Shown one piece after another: positions 55,691 through 64,000 of a stretch of 64,000 nucleotides of DNA. Under the pieces are notes generated by a model. The model had not been told where the DNA came from, did no database searches, and saw only the letters and a list, made by a program, of their open reading frames with translations. Made by a program: the position numbers and the translations under genes. The DNA lies in assembly GCA_964016885.1 (NCBI GenBank), contig OZ024760.1:23870001-23934000 (forward strand). Reading direction: 5' to 3'. Within the stretch, counting starts at the first letter, position 1. Each line of letters opens with the position of its first letter. Source of the stretch: Eledone cirrhosa. Lineage: Eukaryota.

Positions 55691-56339
55691 GTACGGTTAA
55701 TTTAGCGAAAAACATCAAGTTAATATACAAGTTCCGGTAAATCGATTTCTACTTCGCAAATTACGACAGAGAAATAGAAGTGGATTGATATTCTAGGTAG
55801 GAAGAGTGGAAGAGACGGCAGTCCACAAAACGGTATCAGGTATGATTTGACGCCAACATCTTAGATCGTAAGATGTTCTATATGAATGGAGCAAAACTAT
55901 GCCAACGATGTATGTCTGAAAATTAACACATTGATAAAACCAACTTCAAACTAATATATATATTATATATATATGTATATGTGTGTGTATGTGTGTATAG
56001 TAGTTTGAATGTGTGTCTGCATATATGTGTGTGTTTGTGTGCATGTGTGCGTGCATGCGTGCGCCAGTGCTTGCGTCCATGATTGCGTCCGTGCGTGAGT
56101 CAGCATGTTATCCGTGTATATGTCCGTGTGTGTGCGTGCGTACATGTATGTATGTGCGTGCGAGTGCCTGTGTCCATATATCCGTGCGTGCGTCTATGTA
56201 TACGTGTGGGCCCGTCCGAAGCATAACCAGCCGCAACTGGAAATCAACAGGTAACCAACACTACAACAAAGTAGAACACGGTTGACCGAACACAGAAATA
56301 TTGTTGCACAGACTTGCTACAAAAACCGCCATGATGGAC

Positions 56340-56389
56340 AGCAACTGTTGCTGTTGTTGTTACTGCTCCTGTTGTTACTGCTCCTGTTG

Positions 56390-56436
<47 letters not shown>

Positions 56437-59400
56437 ATTGATACTATTGCTGTTGTTGTTACTGCTTCTGTTCTCACTGTTACTGCTGCTGCTGCTAATA
56501 ATACTATTGGTGCTGTTATTACTATACCAGCTGTTACTGCTACTGCTGTTGCTGTTACTATTGCTGCTGCTATTGCTGCTGTTGTTGCTATTGATACTAT
56601 TGCTGTTGCTGCTAGGATACTATTGCTGTTGTTGTTGTTGTTGTTGCTGCTGTTGCTGCTGGTGATACTATTGCTGTTGTTGTTGCTGTTGCTGCTGTTG
56701 ATACTATTGCTGTTGCTGCTGGTGATACTATTGCTGTTGCTGCTGGTGATACTATTGCTGTTGCTGCTGTTGATTCTATTGCTGTTGCTGCTGTGATACT
56801 ATTGCTATTGCTGCTGTTGCTGTGATACTATTGCTATTGCTGCTGTTGATTCTATTGCTGTTGCTGCTGTGATACTATTGCTATTGCTGCTGTTGATACT
56901 ATTGCTGTTGCTGCTGGTGATACTATTGCTGTTGCTGCTGTTGATACTATTGCTGTTGCTGCTGTTGATTCTATTGCTGTTGCTGCTGTGATACTATTGC
57001 TATTGCTGCTGTTGATACTATTGCTGTTGCTGCTGTTGATACTATTGCTGTTGCTGCTGTTGATACTATTGCTGTTGCTGCTGTTGATACTATTGCTGTT
57101 GCTGCTGTTGATACTATTGCTGTTGCTGCTGTTGATACTATTGCTATTGCTGCTGTTGATTCTATTGCTGTTGCTGCTGTGATACTATTGCTATTGCTGC
57201 TGTTGATTCTATTGCTGTTGCTGCTGTTGATACTATTGCTGTTGCTGCTGGTGATACTATTGCTATTGCTGCTGTTGATTCTATTGCTGTTGCTGCTGTG
57301 ATACTATTGCTATTGCTGCTGTTGATTCTATTGCTGTTGCTGCTGTTGATACTATTGCTGTTGCTGCTGGTGATACTATTGCTATTGCTGCTGTTGTTGC
57401 TATACCTGTTGCTGCTGTGATACTATTGCTATTGCTGCTGTTGATTCTATTGCTGTTGCTGCTGTTGATACTATTGCTGTTGCTGCTGTTGATACTATTG
57501 CTGTTGCTGCTGTGATACTATTGCTATTGCTGCTGTTGATACTATTGCTGTTGCTGCTGGTGATACTATTGCTGTTGCTGCTGTTGATTCTATTGCTGTT
57601 GCTGCTGTTGATACTATTGCTGTTGCTGCTGTTGATACTATTGCTGTTGCTGCTGTGATACTATTGCTATTGCTGCTGTTGATACTATTGCTGTTGCTGC
57701 TGGTGATACTATTGCTGTTGCTGCTGTTGATACTATTGCTATTGCTGCTGTTGATTCTATTGCTGTTGCTGCTGGTGATACTATTGCTGTTGCTGCTGGT
57801 GATACTATTGCTATTGCTGCTGTTGATTCTATTGCTGTTGCTGCTGTGATACTATTGCTGTTGTTGTTGCTATACCTGTTGTTGTTTACTGCTACAGCTG
57901 TTGCTATTGCTGTTGGTACTATTGCTGCTGTTGTTGCTGAATGATACTATTGCCACTTATGTTGTTGCTGTTGTTGCTGCTGCTGTTGTGCTGCTGTTGC
58001 TGCTGTTGTTGCTATACCTGTTGTTGTTTACTGCTACAGCTGTTGCTATTGCTGTTGGTACTATTGCTGCTGTTGTTGCTGAATGATACTATTGCCACTT
58101 ATGTTGTTGCTGTTGTTGCTGCTGCTGTTGTGCTGCTGTTGCTGCTGTTGTTGCTATACCTGTTGTTGTTTACTGCTACAGCTGTTGCTATTGCTGTTGG
58201 TACTATTGCTGCTGTTGTTGCTGAATGATACTATTGCCACTTATGTTGTTGCTGTTGTTGCTGCTGCTGTTGTGCTGCTGTTGCTGCTGTTGTTGCTATA
58301 CCTGTTGTTGTTTACTGCTACAGCTGTTGCTATTGCTGTTGGTACTATTGCTGCTGTTGTTGCTGAATGATACTATTGCCACTTATGTTGTTGCTGTTGT
58401 TGCTGCTGCTGTTGTGCTGCTGTTGCTGCTGTTGTTGCTATACCTGTTGTTGTTTACTGCTACAGCTGTTGCTATTGCTGTTGGTACTATTGCTGCTGTT
58501 GTTGCTGAATGATACTATTGCCACTTATGTTGTTGCTGTTGTTGCTGCTGCTGTTGTGCTGCTGTTGCTGCTGTTGTTGCTATACCTGTTGTTGTTTACT
58601 GCTACAGCTGTTGCTATTGCTGTTGGTACTATTGCTGCTGTTGTTGCTGAATGATACTATTGCCACTTATGTTGTTGCTGTTGTTGCTGCTGCTGTTGCT
58701 GTTGTTGTTGCTATACCTGTTGTTGTTTACTGCTACACCTGTTGCTATTGCTGTTGGTACTATTGCTGCTGTTGTTGCTGCATGATAATATTGCCACTTA
58801 TGTTGTTGCTGTTGTTGATGCTGCTGTTGCTGTTGTTGTTGCTATACCTGTTGTTGTTTACTGCTACAGCTGTTGCTATTGCTGTTGGTACTATTGCTGC
58901 TGTTGTTGCTGCATGATAATATTGCCACTTATGTTGTTGCTGTTGTTGCTGCTGCTGTTGCTGTTGTTGTTGCTATACCTGTTGTTGTTTACTGCTACAC
59001 CTGTTGCTATTGCTGTTGGTACTATTGCTGCTGTTGTTGCTGCATGATAATATTGCCACTTATGTTGTTGCTGTTGTTGATGCTGCTGTTGCTGTTGTTG
59101 TTGCTATACCTGTTGTTGTTTACTGCTACAGCTGTTGCTATTGCTGTTGGTACTATTGCTGCTGTTGTTGCTGCATGATAATATTGCCACTTATGTTGTT
59201 GCTGTTGTTGATGCTGCTGTTGCTGTTGTTGTTGCTATACCTGTTGTTGTTTACTGCTACAGCTGTTGCTATTGCTGTTGGTACTATTGCTGCTGTTGTT
59301 GCTGCATGATACTATTGCCACTTATGTTGTTGCTGTTGTTGCTGCTGCTGTTGTGCTGCTGTTGCTGCTGTTGTTGCTATACATGTTGTTGTTTACTGCT

Positions 59401-59770
59401 ACAGCTGTTGCTATTGCTGTTGGTACTATTGCTGCTGTTGTTGCTGAATGATACTATTGCCACTTATGTTGTTGCTGCTGTTGCTGCTGTTGTTGCTATA
59501 CCTGTTGTTGTTTACTGCTACACCTGTTGCTATTGCTGTTGTTGCTGCATGATTCTATTGCCACTGCCGTTGCTGCTGTTGTTGCTATACCTGTTGTTGT
59601 TAATGCTACAGCTGTTGCTATTGCTGTTGGTACTATTGCTGCTGCTGTTGCTACATGATACTATTGCTGTTGTTGTTGCTGCTGTTGATACTATTGCTGC
59701 TGTTGTTGCTATACCTGTTGTTGTTTACTGCTACAGCTGTTGCTATTGCTGCTATTGTTACTGCTACTGC
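56340..59770. repeat. (GCT/GTT)-derived satellite with about 24-, 142- and 131-bp units
   Basis: gatactattgctgttgctgctgtt units, then ORF starts spaced 142 (57941, 58083, 58225, 58367, 58509) and 131 (58742, 58873, 59004, 59135, 59266). Confidence 0.95.
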
Positions 59771-60088
59771 TTTTCATTGTGATAATAACAATAACTACAA
59801 TGAAACAATAACAACAATAACAACGGTAATAATGATACTGTCGGCCATGTTGGACGTCAGATAATTTGTCGCAATGATTGATGGGATATAAATAAAGGAA
59901 ATCAATGGTGGCGTTAAATTAAAATCGCTTTTTCATCTGACGATGCGATGGAAGTGATCTAGGTGAGAGGAAAGGAAAGCTTAGATTAATGTTGCTATAT
60001 TCGGACTAGACAGAGAAGAGGGATACGTCAACATAGAGTTTGGATACTAGAAGAGAAAAGAGAGAAACAACACACACTTATATATATG

Positions 60089-60136
<48 letters not shown>

Positions 60137-60169
60137 TGTGTCTGTGTGTGTCTGTGTGTGTGTGTGTCT

Positions 60170-61450
<1,281 letters not shown>

Positions 61451-61567
61451 TTATATATTCAGAGACACACACACACACATATATATATATATAGCGTAAA
61501 GTACTGATGTAGGAGATCAAAGAAGATATATACCCGGATGCATAGACCTTACAATTCACACACACTA

Positions 61568-61601
<34 letters not shown>

Positions 61602-61721
61602 CAATGTCTATTGATATCACGTTACATTTACACGCATAGATCGATAGATAAGTATATTGATAAATAGTGCAGATAAGATTCACGTGTATATGAATATATA
61701 TATTATGTATATATGTATGTA

Positions 61722-61774
<53 letters not shown>

Positions 61775-61805
61775 ATTTATATATATATATATATATATGT
61801 ATGTA

Positions 61806-61850
<45 letters not shown>

Positions 61851-61885
61851 ATTTATTTATATATATATATATATATATGTATGTA

Positions 61886-61926
<41 letters not shown>

Positions 61927-62142
61927 ATTTATATATATATATGTATATGTATGTATTTGTTTTCAAATTATGTACATATGAATGATATATGTATAGTAAA
62001 TGTTATCTATCATTTAATATGCAAACACATACACTCATTATATATATAAAGATAGATTAGATAGGTATATATATATTTAGAGAGAGGTGGGGGGAGGTAG
62101 GTAGCTTGATAAAAATCTGAACATAAAAGTTCATTTTTAATG

Positions 62143-62204
<62 letters not shown>

Positions 62205-62349
62205 GTGTCTGTATGTGAGTATTTAATGATGTGTAGCAAATATGTGACCCGTACAGGATTATATATATATATAATCTATATATATAATCTATATATACTA
62301 GATATATATATATATAGGTATATATATATATATATATAAAAATCTAGTT

Positions 62350-62389
<40 letters not shown>

Positions 62390-62393
62390 TGTG

Positions 62394-62578
<185 letters not shown>

Positions 62579-62587
62579 ATAAACTAG

Positions 62588-62633
<46 letters not shown>

Positions 62634-62707
62634 ATAAACTAGATTTATATATATATACTAGATTTATATACATATATATATATATATTTATATAAACTAG
62701 ATTTATG

Positions 62708-62738
<31 letters not shown>

Positions 62739-63104
62739 GTATATAAACTAGATTTATACGGATCTATAATTATATCTATAAATACATGGAGAAAATAGAT
62801 TATAAAGGTACAAACATAGATATATATCTAGTGATGAGAAGGAGGTGATTAGAAAGAGAGTGGTGGGAGTTTAGAGAGAGGGTGAGAAGAAATTATAACC
62901 AGGTGTGAGAGAGAGGGAGAGTGAATGATTTGGAGTTATTGTGGAATGTCAAAATAAAAGGAAACTGTCTCTCATGTCTAAAATTAAATTCTTTGATGAA
63001 TCAATCACATCGCACTCAAATCGGAATATTGAGGAAATGTTTAAATGTAGATTAGTCAAACCGGTCTTCTAGAATGTATGTCTAAGTCTAAAGTCTGTCT
63101 GAAG

Positions 63105-63510
63105 TTTGTCTTAAGCCAGAAGGCTCGTTTGGCCAGTGCTTATCCTGGTTTGGTGGCGTGAAGTGACTGAGAGTACAAGACTCCCTCTGGACAAGACGCC
63201 AGTCCATCGCAAGTTAAAATCTGTCTTAAGCCAGAAGGCTCCATAGGCTCGTGTTTATCTCGATTTCGTGGCGCGAAGCGACTGGGAGTACAAGACTCCC
63301 TCCTGGACAGGACACCAGTCCAACTATTACTGGTATTCATTTTCAGTCCAACCGCCCCTAACTATTACTGGTATTCATTTTCAGTTGAGTATACTGGAGC
63401 AACGTGAAATGAAGTGTTTTGCTCAAGAACACAACACCTAGCCCAGTCCAGGCATCGAACCCACGACATTATGATCGTCCAACACCCTTAGCACTAGGCC
63501 ACACGCCTAC
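63105..63510 (-). mobile_element. V-SINE-like tRNA-derived SINE with duplicated 3' part
   Basis: Reverse complement: aggcgtgtggcctagtg..ggttcgatgcc (A/B boxes), gtgttcttgagcaaaacacttcatttcac, V-domain-like ggactggcgtcttgtccagaggg; 3' segment of about 115 bp occurs twice. Confidence 0.7.
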
Positions 63511-64000
63511 ACCTTCTAGAAACTACTCCCATATATTTACCTTATCTATTGGTTTATAAGGGGCCACAGCCCCAGTCACATTCCTGTGCTATGGGGCAAA
63601 ATATTGGGAGATGCGTTGGAAGACAGGAGGAAAAGATGGACAGCGATTTGGCCACAATTGTTGATCCACCAACGAGTGAGTGTTATAGTTAAGGTTAAAA
63701 AAAACCAACGAACATTGGATACCATCTGATGACATCAAGGGCACCTGGTTAAAGCTACGTATAGGGCAGGATTTAATGGGAGGGGCTAGCAGCGACGTCT
63801 GTAGCAATTTATTTGTGTCCTCAGCTGGCTTTTTATTTTTTTTTAATGGTTAGATTTTTATTTATTTATTACCTGTATATATAACCTTTCAACTCCAATT
63901 ACTTGCACCAAGCTTACTTTGATATGAAAAATCGGGGGGTTGCTGTGCATTCTATTGTTTTGAGTATGAGGGCACTCAAAACAAAACTTGAACTGACCCG

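Noticed and set aside
63591-63681. Possible exon MGQNIGRCVGRQEEKMDSDLATIVDPPT followed by GTGAGT
   Set aside because: Short, no recognisable homology; would need RNA-seq

Overview
Eukaryotic (metazoan), repeat-dominated window with no host gene I can support. SINE sequence and the extreme (TA)n/(CA)n load suggest an octopod cephalopod (inference). Almost all listed ORFs are microsatellite artefacts. Real coding signal is all retrotransposon: one intact R4/Dong-type RLE LINE ORF (36533-39925) followed by stacked decayed 3' copies and a 56/59-bp minisatellite born from one of them; several Tx1/L1-group LINE remnants sitting in (TCTA)n/(AAT)n; and a CR1-group 3' fragment. There are also many tRNA-derived SINEs, a V-SINE, a hAT MITE and a mariner end. 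The most striking signal is a dense population of short non-coding fold-back elements inserted in (TA)n. Most carry minimal type-I hammerhead ribozymes with palindromic stem III (about 12 near-canonical motifs plus variants) and are probably Penelope-like pseudo-LTR derivatives. Across dissimilar families they share an asymmetric head-to-head architecture and a conserved ACTC...GAGTGCT stem that sits about 5 nt beyond where the short arm stops.
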